A stretch of DNA of 64,000 nt. Source: Eledone cirrhosa (lineage: Eukaryota). Positions 38,403 to 51,318 of the stretch are shown one piece after another (the first letter of the stretch is position 1; each line of letters starts with the position of its first letter). The notes beneath the pieces are model-generated. The model searched no databases. It saw only the letters and a list, made by a program, of their open reading frames with translations, and was not told the DNA's origin. A program made the translations under genes and the position numbers. The stretch lies in NCBI GenBank assembly GCA_964016885.1, contig OZ024741.1, positions 360,282,001-360,346,000 on the forward strand, in the 5' to 3' direction.

Positions 38403-38494
38403 CCTGCTGGGTAGGCTATAGCTCCTGTATTTGGGTCACATGTTAGTCCAGCCGTTGAGCTAATGGTTAATCCTAATACTTTCTCTAAAGTAAC
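38403..38494 (-). CDS. MAPKBP1: Coding exon of a MAPKBP1/WDR62-family WD40 protein (N-terminal region: [31 protein letters not shown])
   Basis: The reverse complement has a pyrimidine-rich acceptor ...ttcttAG (38495-38496) and a GTaag donor (38402-38398). It is 92 nt (30 codons + 2 nt). The translation matches my recollection of the MAPKBP1/WDR62 motif [10 protein letters not shown]...LACDP..G.VAYPAG. MAPKBP1 vs WDR62 cannot be separated; invertebrates typically have a single pro-orthologue. Confidence 0.92.
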
Positions 38495-38641
38495 CTAAGA
38501 AAGAAAACAAAAATAAATAAAATAAACATTTAAATATTAAACATAAATACTTAAAATAAATATTGATTTCTCTATATTTATCAATGCAGTTAATTTTTTC
38601 TTTTTTAATTAGGAGTATAAATATAAATATCCATTACAAAA

Positions 38642-38679
<38 letters not shown>

Positions 38680-39219
38680 ATATCATCATTATCAATTAAT
38701 GAAATTTAATATTGTATTTGTTTCACAAGATTCTTGATGGGAAATCATGTTTGCAACAGATATTGTTGTACTTTGGGAGGGTCATACTCACCAGTTGGAT
38801 TAATCAGGTAATTAATCAATCAATCAGTTGGTTAATTAATTAGTTCTTGCATCACAGCCTGTTACCTTCTTACAGACTATTGCCCTTTGTATCTCCTGTT
38901 TGTCTACACTTACTCCACATTTTCTGTGTCTTTCAGGGCCTCATGTCAGAGGTATAGTGTGCGCATGTACACACATGCACAAGTTTTGTTACTATTATTA
39001 AATACAAACATTGGGCAATGGATTGGCAGTATCGACAACATAAGGACATTTGAAAAATATTTTATATATTGCATATATTTTCATTTCTCATTTGATTTTT
39101 ATCTAAAGTGAACCCCACTCTCAACACTTTTGTATTCTGTGTATATATAGATGACAGAGAGAAGGAGAGGAGACACAGGCAACACTAGTGGCAGAGAATG
39201 CTTTTAGCACATTTGCCTT

Positions 39220-40740
39220 TTCCCTTTTTAACTTAAATTTGTGTTCCATGAATTTTTTCTTTGCCCATTTATTTCTCTGAGGGTTGTATGGGCAGAGTCC
39301 TCAACACTCCTTCCAGTGGGTCCTGTCAGAAACAGCCATCTTAAATTGATCCGGTTGGATCCAATCTTGCTTGGGGTCTACCCCTGGGTATCCTACGGAT
39401 TCGTTTTGCCTTTAATATCAGTCCAGTGTTAACCACATGCCCATAGATCGGAGCTATGATTTCTCAATTCGGAGAAGTAGCAGCTCTACCTGGAGTAACC
39501 AAGCTATGACCTATCAAGTAATATTACTCCAAAGACCATTTGGAGGAACTCCATTTCGGCTGCTAGTGTTTGCAATCATATTCTTTCAGTTATTACTCAA
39601 GATTCATGACCATAGGTAAGGGTTGGCACACATACCAAATTGAAGATAGTGGGTTTGGCTTTTACACCTACCTCACATCTGATTACCGAATGCTGAAGCT
39701 CCTGCAATTCTTACACTTAATTCAGCCTCCTGCCTTCTATCACTCTTGAACATGACCCTGAGATATTTGAACTTCTCTACCTGCTTTAGTGGAACTCCAT
39801 ATGTAGAATGCACTGTGTAGACCTTGAGAGGACAAGCCTCAGTTTTTGCAGCACTGATTTTCATTCCAGCCATGCAGCACTCATCATTTAAACCTAACAA
39901 GTGCATGTCAAAGATCACCGTCTGATTAGTTAAGTAATACCATATCGTCTGAAAATTTCAGCCAACTGATCCTACACCTGCCAGTCATGATACTAATTCC
40001 AACCTGCCTGCCCATGTCAATCCTGTTGATGAAGATTACGAATAGGAGAGGTGACAGAACGCACCCTTGGCAGAGTCTGACTCCCAAGTTGAATGGTTTT
40101 GATTTAGCACCATTGATCCAAACACAACTACTCAGGCATTTGTATAGAGATATCAGGGCAACAAGAAGCTGTTCCATACTCCTGCAGAACCTTCCAAAGC
40201 AATAATACACCTCTTGGCAGTACTCCCACAGACCTGCTGCAGTATGAATATTTGGTCTGCTGCGCTGTGTTTGTGATGAAAACCACACTGTTCATCAGCT
40301 AGCTTGGACTCAACAATCTCCCTTCATCTCTTTGCCAGACACTTAGCATAGACTTTACCAGGTAGGTTTAACAAGGAGATCCCTCTATAATTAGAGCAAT
40401 CTCTCTTTAATTGCTTTTGTGATCTCAGCAACCAAGAGATTAGTCATCACTCCCAGATGCACCCCGTATACATCAGAAGATGCTGTTGTGATCAGGTTTA
40501 GGAGATCAGCAAAGTAGTCTCTCCACTTCAAGAGGGTGCACCTCTCTGAAGAGAGAACCCCAGATGTGTTCCTGATAGCAGATATAGAGGAGGACTTATT
40601 ACATAGTTGGTTGATGGTCTGCCAAAACACTTTATTCGCTGATCTGAAGTTGTATTCCAGCTTAACCCTAAAGTCCTCCCATGTCTTAACTTCGGTCGTC
40701 TTTACTGTCTCTGTGACTTTTCACACCTGTTTGTAAGTGT
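39220..40740 (-). mobile_element. Old decayed RTE-like LINE (RT remnants)
   Basis: Fragments SSCVWINGAKSKPFNLGVRLCQGCVLSPLLFVIFI, FSDDMVLL, LKQVEKFKYLRVMF and LKWRDYFADLLN, with many stops. Confidence 0.8.
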
Positions 40741-41021
40741 AAGGAGAACTTATCTCCATTCTCAATAAAATGTTTTTGACAGATCATAGCATTCATGCAA
40801 CAGATGGACAATATGAATATCTAGGACCATGGGTGCTTCCCCACATACACTCCACCCTCAGATATCAAGGCTGGGAAATGGCCACATTAATTTCACCTGT
40901 GGGAGGAGGGTTTACTAAAGTCATTGTTACTGTTCCTTTTGCGTTAACATTTAAAAAAAAAAATCAATTAAAAATGAGAATTGTATATGCATCTGTGTAT
41001 ACAATGATAATTCAATGTATG

Positions 41022-41056
41022 TGAGAGAGGGAGGGAGGGAGGGAGGGATGGATGGG

Positions 41057-41102
<46 letters not shown>

Positions 41103-41160
41103 GCAAGAGAGAGAGAGCGAGAGAGAGAGAGCAAGAGAGAGAGAGCAAGAGAGAGATAAG
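41022..41160. repeat. Polypurine tract: (GGGA)n and (GA)n with a higher-order GAGCAA/GAGCGA pattern
   Basis: Directly visible. Confidence 0.9.
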
Positions 41161-41951
41161 TGAGATAAGGAAAATAATAGGGATAGAGTGAGAAAGCAAG
41201 AGAGATTAAATCATACATAATATAATACATAATCTGTGTAGAACTAGAAATAAGTTGAGGAAGCTTGCGTCACAGATCCTCTTTAGCTATTTATATTATA
41301 TAGTTGTAACACACTGACTAGAAATAGCAGTCAATGAAGGGGAAGTTGAAGTTGTTTACTCCCCAAGTATAACAATATTTGTTACGACACACGATTTCAT
41401 ACCAAAAAACCTCGCAAAACTAATTCATCGCCGTTATGTATATATATATATGTGTATATACATAAAGTATGTGGACAATCCAATTGAAAGAGAGAGAGTA
41501 GAGATTAGTTTGTGAGAATTAGATGCTCTCCTTGATACTGTTTCCACACTGTAAAGTGGACATGTAAAAGACGCAGCAAAAAGCCCCCAGCCCACACTGT
41601 AAATGTGGTTGGCATTGGGAAGGGCATCCAGCCATAGAAAACCAGCCAGAAACAACCCTATTTGAGCGAGCACGGTCACCCGACACAACTTGCCTCAAAA
41701 TAGGACCCGTCTAACCCATGCTAGCGTGGAAGATGGCCGATAATCAATGAGGATATATATATATATTTAAAAAAGGGAAAAGAATGACTAGTTCTAAACA
41801 ATTTAATTTAATTTTATAATATAATTTTACAAAATTAAATGAAATTGTTTAGAACTACAAGTGAAGTCATCCTTTTCCTTAAATATACCTAACTGTACCA
41901 AGGATTTCACACATTTTCCAACACACACACTCTCTCTCTTTCGAAGTAGTA

Positions 41952-42288
41952 TTCATCATCATTTCATTTTACGTCCACTTTTTCCCTGCTTGCAAGGGTG
42001 GGACGGGAACTGATTCTGGCTTGATTTCTACAGCTGGATGCCCTTCCTAACACCAACCTCATTTACAGTGAGTGCTGGGTGCTTTTTTGCCGTGGCACCT
42101 CCACGACCACTTTGCAGTGGAATGATAGGGACCCCAGTCCCTATCATCTCATTTCTACAGCTGAGTAAACTGGAGCAATGTGAAATAAAGTGTCTTGCTC
42201 AAGGAAACAACAGCACCCGGTCTGAGAATTGAACTCACAACCTTTCGATTGCAAGGCCAATGCTCTAACCACTAAGCCATGTGCCTCC
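41952..42288 (-). mobile_element. tRNA-derived SINE, full-length young copy
   Basis: Near-identical reverse complement of 60971-61317. Confidence 0.9.
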
Positions 42289-42721
42289 ATTATTTATTAA
42301 ATTCTTTTTTTTTCTTTTGAGAGTGAGGGTAACTTTTAAAATTTAGTTGCAGGCATTGCTGTGTGATTAAGGAGTTCGATTTGCAACCACATGAATTTAT
42401 TTTCCATCCCACTACATGGCCCCTTGGGTTAGTGTCTTCCTCAGGTCAACAAATGCTTTGTGATTGAAATTTGGTAGTCAGAAACTACCTGGAAGCTCAT
42501 TGTCATCATCATCACCATTTAATATCCATGTTTCCCTACTAGCAAAGGTTGGAGGGGTCTTCACAGACTGTGTCAGAATTGAAGCAGGTCTACTGAGCCG
42601 CCCCCCCCCCTCCACCAGACAAGCCAGGGGCCCACATCTCGCTTGCATACAGTCCCACACTATACCAAGTGCATTTTATGGTGGCACCAGCACTAGAGAT
42701 GTCTTTGACACAACTGAAGAG

Positions 42722-43255
42722 TCCTAATGAGTGCTGGGTGCTTTTTTGATATATAAGGGCTGACGGACCCATCATATATATCAATGCCAGTACCGGTGGT
42801 ATCTCAACACACTCAATGGGCAATGTAAGATACATTACCAGAGTATACACAGTTATTTGCCTCAACACAACACACGTAAAACGGGTGCCTATAAGGTTCC
42901 CGGACTCGAATTTCTGCCACACTAATGCAGCAGTAAGGTGCACTGCACCATCTGTCTGCATATATTATGCAACAATGCACAATCGGCTTATGCGGCTTCA
43001 TCAGCGGGTATTGCCTAATCAATAACCAATCGATCGACAGAATCCAAACACCAGCCCATGCCGGTCATGACTGTTTGTGACAACCGACACGGTAAAGCGA
43101 TTAGCAACTGGCAACCGATAGGACTATCTCTCAACTAGCCACCGATTTACAAATTTTACATGGGGACAGGAAGCTAAAAAGAATCCATCTTTTAGTTCCT
43201 GTCATAAGCTCTCAGCCAACGTGTCTCACACACAAATTATCAAGGGGTGAAAAGA
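42722..43255 (-). mobile_element. ORF-less, hairpin-rich, CpG-retaining hammerhead-bearing element (Penelope/retrozyme-like)
   Basis: A GC-richer block ending in (TA)n at ~43256. It contains the hammerhead at 42899-43008 plus hairpins ttgatatata...tatatatcaa (~42746-42784) and gacaggaa-g-ctaaaa...ttttag-ttcctgtc (~43165-43203). Boundaries are approximate. Confidence 0.5.
42899..43008 (-). ncRNA. Putative type I hammerhead ribozyme (minimal, palindromic stem III, large branched stem II)
   Basis: The minus strand reads cccg-CTGATGA-a-GCCGCAT...GTGTGGC-a-GAAA-t-TCGA-GTC^cggg. It has the core CUGAUGA/GAAA/GUC, stem I CCCG/CGGG, a 7-bp stem II, and stem III U-G closing a palindromic TCGA loop. 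Predicted cleavage between 42903 and 42902. Confidence 0.68.
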
Positions 43256-46200
43256 TATATATATATACACACATGTGTGTGTGTGTGCGTTCATTTGTGT
43301 TAACCTTTACTGTTAATGTCCCGTAACTTAAGAGTTCAACTAAAAGATAAAATATTTAAGAAAGTAATAGGGCACATTAAATTATCTTAAATGCCTTACC
43401 ATATTTCTAATGAAAGACACTATGATTTTCAAATCTTTCTGAAAATAAAGAATTTGGAGTGATCTAGTAATATAATTTTCTCATTATTAAGCATGTGATT
43501 GGAACATAACTTAAAATGTTTTAAAAATGATGGAAGATTTTTAGAAAAGTATAAACACTTTAACCCTTTAGCATTTACATTACACTATATATACTATTAT
43601 ATTTTCACAGTAGAGGTTTTTTCTGACATAATATCGAATTTATGAGATTTTGATATTATTTATTTTGAGAACAATACCTTAACATAAGTATGAGCACCCG
43701 GTTACAGCCAGTTTGAACAGAAAGAGGTGAGAGAATTCTGGCCGGATACGGCTGGTTTAAATGCTAAAGAGTTTTGTATCATAAAACGTGGAGCAGTTTC
43801 AGGCAATTTGATATCAAAAGGATTAAAGTGGTACCCAACATGGCCACAGTTCAATACACAAGTTTAAAGAATTCTTTTTAATACCAAATGAAACTTTTCC
43901 AGAGTTGTGATGAGACATGGAGTAAAAATGTTTAAGAACCATTGCTCTAGATAGAAAATGAAAATGCATAACAGTTGGACTGATGAATTACAGAAACAAA
44001 CTATTCTGGTCTAAGTATGAAGCTTTAAATTCTACCCAATGATAAAATTGTTAAATGTTTGGATCAATAGCATTGACCTATGTTTAATGGTCAGTTTCCT
44101 ACTGAGGAGTAGGTAATGATAATTGGTTCATGGAACAGAATAAAGAACTATCAATGAACAAAATTACTTATTTTAATTAGTTCCTATTTAAATTAAAATC
44201 TTCCAACATATTTTTATAAGAACCATATGTTAAGTTACTATCTGAGTAATGGATAATTTTAGTTAATCCTTCAAAATCTTTCATTAATTGAAATAGAAAC
44301 TTGAAATATTAGAATATATGGTCATGAGAAAGTTAAATATCATTTTGACAACAGTATTCCTTATTTATCCAATGGCCCATTCATGACCATATTTCTGAGA
44401 TAAATTATCTATGACTTAATCAATTTTGAAAATAACCAAGAATTTGGTGATATTTGGTAAAATAACTAACTTGGCTATTAATGATTTTATGTTTGGAACA
44501 TAGTTTAAAAAAAGGTTTTTACATAAAATTATGTTGGAATGTTTTAATTTAAATATAAAGATTATAAAAAAAAAAGGTTTTGTATCACAGAAGCAGAAGT
44601 GATTTCAAATAGGTTAGTACTGAAAGGTCAAATATGTACTACTTCTGTACTGTGATAGTAAGGTCCCAGAAAGCTGTTTTGTAGTGTGGTTTCAATTTCT
44701 GTCTGAGCTATTTCATTTAATTTGTTCCTTAAAATTTCTTTTACAATTTTTTTACAATCCTTTTTCTTGGAATATATAAATTGTGAAACTTCAAACTTAG
44801 TCTCCATTTTATTTTTACCTTTTATTTATCAAATAATATATAATATATAATATAAATGATGATGATAGGTATCCATTTTATTGTTTGTTATTGAATGGTG
44901 ATCCCCAAAAGATAATATATCGCCACAGTCAAAATTAAATCATAACTCATGGATATAGTAAAAAGGTAAAGACCCATTTTGGCCATAAATGACCATAGGT
45001 TTTGCACCTAGAAAGTTCCTCTCCAAGGCACAAGCCTGGACAAAGTGTTTTTATGGAAGACCATGCATACCAGTTTCCTCTCTCCATGCCAGACGTCGTC
45101 CAAGAGAAAGGCAAAGGGTGATACAGCAATAAACACCATTCTATTAAATAATAAAGTAGCAGATCGAATTGGATTTGCAGTGTCGTCATCATCATTTTAC
45201 ATTTGCATTTTATTGTGACACCAACACTGACAGGTTGTCAAATACTTGACGTAACTGAAGGGTACTTTTAACAGGATTTCTCTGACTGGATGCCCTTTCT
45301 AATGCCAATCACTTTGCACAGTGTACAAGATGCTTCAACATTTCTACTCGTCATTGTTACCATCAAAGTTTTTTGTTGTTGTAGAGTGGTAAAAATTAGC
45401 AAAATTTTACAAATCAGAAAAATAATTTTAACCAATCAGAATTCTGATATTATGAAGTTGATTGGCCAATTTGGCCCAGGATTTAAAACAAGTATATTTA
45501 GTATTATACTTTTAGCCATTTGGAAAGGAAACAGTTTATAACAGTGATGGCATTGAAAGAGTAGAAAAAAATATTTACATTTTAGTTGATAGATGAAAGG
45601 ATGATTATTTTCATTGTAACTTTTGATATTTAATCATCATCATCATCAGAATAATTATTAATGGCTGACAGAGTTTACTTATGCATGTTAATTCTAAACA
45701 ATACCAAACACTGAAACAGCCATTCCTAGTAAACTAAATGAGAAACAAAGTTAACATTTTTTCTTTTCTTTTTATTGAAGAGTTTATTGTGAAGAAACAG
45801 GACATATAGCAGATTGTAAAATATTTTATAGCTGACAGCTACACTGAACTAGTTTTACTAAATGAAACACATTAACTTAGTTTTTTTTTCTTCCTAGATA
45901 TATAGATGTAAATAGGAAGGAGTAAGAGTAACGATTAAAGCTTCTATCCAAAAAAGGTCCTAACTGAATGTTTGAGTCACCAACACAATGAAGTATTTTG
46001 ATAGCAAGCAGTCTAACAACTATGTTGGCATAAAAAAAAATCTCCAGCATTTAATGGGAGACTGAATCAGCATATAAGGAAAAAAAATAGATACATGCAT
46101 GTGTAAAAAATAAATTTTATATATATATATATTAAAAAGTAGACTAAATTGATGTTCTCTTGCATAAATGTTGATATTCGCCAAATGTAATTATAAAAAT

Positions 46201-49200
46201 ACAAGGAAAATATTTGAACTTGTGGAATCTACTGAATTCTTTTATAATCATCAAAGTTTTACAAAGAAATACAAAAAAGAAAATGTAAATCATCCAAATA
46301 AACCATAAACCCCACCACCAACTCCAACAACAAATTATAAAATTACATACTTCTGGAACTTATTTCCACCTGGAATGTTTCAAGCCTGACATTAACTACA
46401 TAAACCTCACCCATCATACTTTCACTAGAGCTTGGCCATTCCCTCTTCTTTTGGTTTGACTCAGAAACAAATATGATTAAAAAAAAAATCATCCTCTGTT
46501 AATTAATTTTGGCAATCCTCCCAGTGTAAACTAAAACTTCATATAATTTCTTTCTTTGACACAGGGGAGTGTGTACACAATTTTGTACAATTTATCACTC
46601 ACTCTTGAACAGATGAAAGGTAATGTTGACCTATGTGGGATTTGAACTCAAAGGAATAAACTAGAAAAAGTAATCCATCTACCTCTTTGTATAGCTACTC
46701 AGTTCCACAAAGTTTAATGACCTCATCTCATCTAGTGGGGAATAATTTTAGACATCAAACATTTTTCAAAGACAGTAGTCTATCAAATGATATTATCATA
46801 GATTTTATATCCATTTACTCATGTTAGCATGGGACAGGCAGTTAGTTGCCATTCTTGATACCAACCCTCAAGTTTGTTTGTTTTATTATTCTTTTTAAAT
46901 AAAAATCTGAGTTGCAGAACGTTTTTTGTGTGTGAGAAATAAACAAATGTCACCACCTATGTAAGTGATGTCAAATGCAAAGCAAAGATAGGTGTGTGTG
47001 CGTGTGCGCGCGTATACCAGAAACAGTCTTATACGAGCGAGACAATCACCTGACCGAACTTGCCTCAAATGGGACAAACCCATCTAACCCAAGCTAGTGT
47101 GGAAGATAGACGTTAAATGATGACACACACACACATATATACACATCTCTTTCAAACATCTTTTCTTGAAAACACAATTATACTCAAAATAATTTTTATT
47201 AAGGATTTTTTATATTTCCTTTTATTTATATATCATCATTGAACATCTATTTTCCATGCTGGCAAAGTTCCCTAGGTTGTCACATATTGATGCTAGACTA
47301 GTCAGATGACTGCTTGTACACTCCATTTCTGGTTTGGCTTTTAATGGCTAGATGTGCTTCCTAATGCCAACTACTGTATAGCATGTACTGGGAGCATTTT
47401 ATTGTGCCTCCAGCACTATCACCTTATAGGGTGGACTGAGTGCATTTGGTTGTATCACTAGCACTAATACCTTACAGCATGGACTGGTTGTTTTTTCATG
47501 GCACCAGCATTATCACATTACAGTGTAGACTGAATGCTTTTATTGTGGTACAATTTTCCATGCAGGCATGAGTTAGAATTCTGCTTCATAATCTCATCTA
47601 TGTTCAGATGCTTCACACTAACCCTCACTTTGAACTCTTGTATGACCATATTCCTAATGAAAAACACCACCTGTGACTTCCAAAGCAATCAAGAACCCAG
47701 AGAAATCCAGCAAAATAACTATTAAGCTAGTGTTTAGCCCTTTCATCACCATATTTCTAATGAAATACACTGTTTCAGTTAGTTAATGAAACATTGAGGA
47801 TTTACTAAAATTATCAAGAGTAACTTAATGTAAGGTTGAGAAGACAGCCTCCTCAAATTGCCAGCTAGGGATCGAAGAAGGACCTTCTTGATACTAACTA
47901 AACTGAAGCGAGTTCTGGTTCTATAATAAACCATTTGTTTTAAAGTGTTCACTCTAATTAGATATCTGATGAAGACAAAATAACACAGATGCCTGCCAAA
48001 GACAAATAAAGAATGAGTGACAAGTGTTCAGCCATGTTGATGTTTTCTTTCTACTTTGTCTTTCATTTCCTGAAAAAACTATTCTCTGAATCTGACTACT
48101 ACATTGGCAACACAGTAATTAAGAAGTACATAATACAGATTGTCAAGTCCAAAATAACAGAAAGAAAACAAATTAGTATTTTAATAAAATAGGCTTGTTT
48201 CAAATTTTATTTTCAACCTCAATCAACAAATTTACCACCACCCACTCAGTATACAGAATTTACTCCCCATGGTTATATTAACTCAAAATTTAGAACCCCT
48301 GTCCTAAGACAACTTAAAACAACAACAACAAAACCTTACTGTATTAACCTTTGGTAACCTAGCTGCAAATAGCTGCCAATACAACTGAGGCAATAATAAC
48401 AGTGTTAAAACACCTACTCTAATATTTTATAATGGAAATAAAAACAAATAAGCAGGATTATATATTACTTTTCATTCCATTTTTAAGATGGAGTCAAGTA
48501 TTATTTGTATAACATCCTATGGACTGGGGGTAGTTAAAAATAAAGGTAAAATAATATAAAATGCAAACTCACTAAATTGAAATTAAAAATAAAGTTTGCA
48601 AGTAAAGCCAGACAATACTAGTTTGCATATAGCTAAAGTTAAATTGTAGAGCTGATAAAAAAAATAAAAAGAGGTAATGAACCAAATGGAAAATTGAAAT
48701 ACAATCAACAGAACATAACCATTCTTTAACAGTAATCACACCATAAGAACCAACCATCCATATTGAGACAAGCAACAAGAAACAACTACAACCCAGGTAA
48801 CAGAGAGAGAGAGAGTTTTCTATACCAAAGAGATCTTTTTTCTTTTGAGGATAAACTAAAACTGTTTAGGTTTTTTTGTTTTGTTTTGTTTTTGTTGATT
48901 TAATGGGGTTTTTAAAATTATTTTAGGATTTTTTGTTGTTATTGTTCAAGAACTATTTAATAAATTAGTAGACAGTATCAACGTGAAAGATGAGGCTGGG
49001 GTAATGGTACTGCTTTGTATTTTGTTTTACTCGGTGATAATACCCCTCCCACACATACACACACATCTGTTGGAACTCTTCAAAAACTTTTGCAGATGAT
49101 GGATTCTTGTTGAGGCTTATAAAAGAATTTTTTTTTTGAGACAGAGTTAGCCTACATGGTTGTTGAAACAATGAATTATTCAATTAAATAGGAGGAGGAA

Positions 49201-50312
49201 AATATGTAGAAGTTTTGAAGAGTTCAGTAACTATTGTAGTTAGAAGAAATTCAAAGAACTTCAACAATGGCTAACAAAGATAGATTTCAAGACAATACAC
49301 TTGTCAAGAATGTTTATTTATATATGTGTGTGAAATGAATGTTGAAGGCCTTTTGTTTATTTGTTTCCTTGTTCACCTGGGATGAATGATAAAAGATGAT
49401 TGTATGAAGGATGTGAAAAGTGAGCCTAAAATCTAAGTTTAAGATGATTACAAAGACATTCAGAAAACTAAACACTATTAAAGGTTATCTCATCAGATAA
49501 GATTATACAAAAGATACTAACAATTTATTTAGCAACTCTTCTGAAGTCTGCATGAACATGGGGGCTTCCTGACAGGAGTTTAAATTTCTTTCTTTGCAAG
49601 TAAATAAACATTTGTTACCTGGCAACAATAGTCACAAAAACAAACTATCCACCCCTATCCAATCAATTCAATTTCTCTGAACCTAAGTTCTGCTGCAAAC
49701 CCTTTTGCTATCAACCTGCCTGAAACCACTCCTAGTTCTATGATATAAAGCTGCCTGGTTTAAAATATTCATATTTAAATTAAACCTTTTGTTACCATAG
49801 TTCTAATAAAAGACACAGCATATGATTTTCAAATAATTTTAAAAAATCAAGAAATGGAGGAATTTAGTAAAATAAATTTAGTGTTTGGAACATAAAGGTT
49901 CTTAGATAAAATTATGATAGGATTTTAAATAAATAAACAGGTTTTGTACCATAGAGCTAGGAGTAGTTTGGTATCAAAAGTGCTTAAAACTTCCATCATA
50001 ATTTTATGTAGGAACCGTTATCAAGTATTGTTCCAAACATCAGTTTAATAAAGAAGTTATTTATTTTACTAAAATTTCTTTTTTTTTCAAAATTGAAACA
50101 TTTCTTTAGAAATATGGTAACAAAAGAGTTAAATGTGTGTCATTACAATGGATGAGAATAGTTAAGAAGAAACTATTTAAAATTATTGGTAATATTATGC
50201 AATATGCTTTATAGTTCTATACATACATTAATGAGTGCTGCATAGAAATGGTGAGGACTAAGATTCTCCAAATATACATACACAAACTTATGCTTGTTTT
50301 ATTATAAAAATA

Positions 50313-51075
50313 TCATCATCTGGGCATGTTTATTGCCTGGATTACTATGACTCGTTTTCTCCAGTCTGTCTGGTCAGTCATTGCTCATGGTAGGTCTTCT
50401 TGAGTGTACTCTGAAATCCTTGCACAGTTGCTTTATGTAGGCTCGATGTAGTCTACCAATATTTGCATACACATGCTTCCATTCTCAAAAAAGAACGTTG
50501 CTGAAGATCTCATTCTTTGCTCTCCAGCAATGTCTAGTGAATCTTGTTCTTTCTCTGATGATGCGTGATATTGATGGTTAATTACCATGAAGTTTTTCAT
50601 AGGGTGTTTCCAGATGTCCAGAGCAGCTTGAAGCATTCTTGTATAAGTTCCATCAATTTTCTTTTCAAAATGCATTGTTAGAGTCCATGTTATACATCTA
50701 TGTAACAGAACTAATGGCACAACCATTTGAAAGAAATCACGTTTCAAATTTAATGAAGCTCAGATTTTCAGACCGCTAATGATTTATTTAAAGCAACCCA
50801 GGCTTTCTTGATTCAGACATGAACATCACTTACAGACAGATCTTTTACGATTTTACTTCCAAGGTATGTGAATTCGTAAACACTTTTCATACCGCTCTGG
50901 TCGTACATCATAAATTGTCTCGTCCGAGTACTCTTAGAGACCAACACCTTTAGCAGCACTTTCAAGGCTGTGTATTAGAGACTGCATCACAAACTTCATC
51001 TGCTAGTAGCACCAGGTTATCGGCATAGTCAACATCAGTTGGAAAACGTCTGCTTCTGGCAGGTTGAAGAGTTAT
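50313..51075 (-). mobile_element. Decayed RTE/RTEX-like LINE 3' fragment
   Basis: Minus-strand remnants RRFPTDVDYADNLVLL, EFTYLGSKI and TWTLTMHFEKKIDGTYTRMLQAAL; short (CAT)n at 50313. Confidence 0.72.
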
Positions 51076-51129
51076 GAAAATATACAAAACCATTTTTTTT
51101 TTTTTTTTAGTCCAAATAGAATATTAAGA

Positions 51130-51285
51130 ACCCAAAGTTATTAATGTAGGCACAAAGCAAGAATTTGTGGTTTTGGTATTTTATTTTATCAACACCAAAC
51201 TGATATCAGCAGGATTTAAATTCAGAATATAAAGAGCTAGAAATAATAAATTATAATTGTTTCTAATGGAGGCACAAGGGTAGCA

Positions 51286-51318
<33 letters not shown>

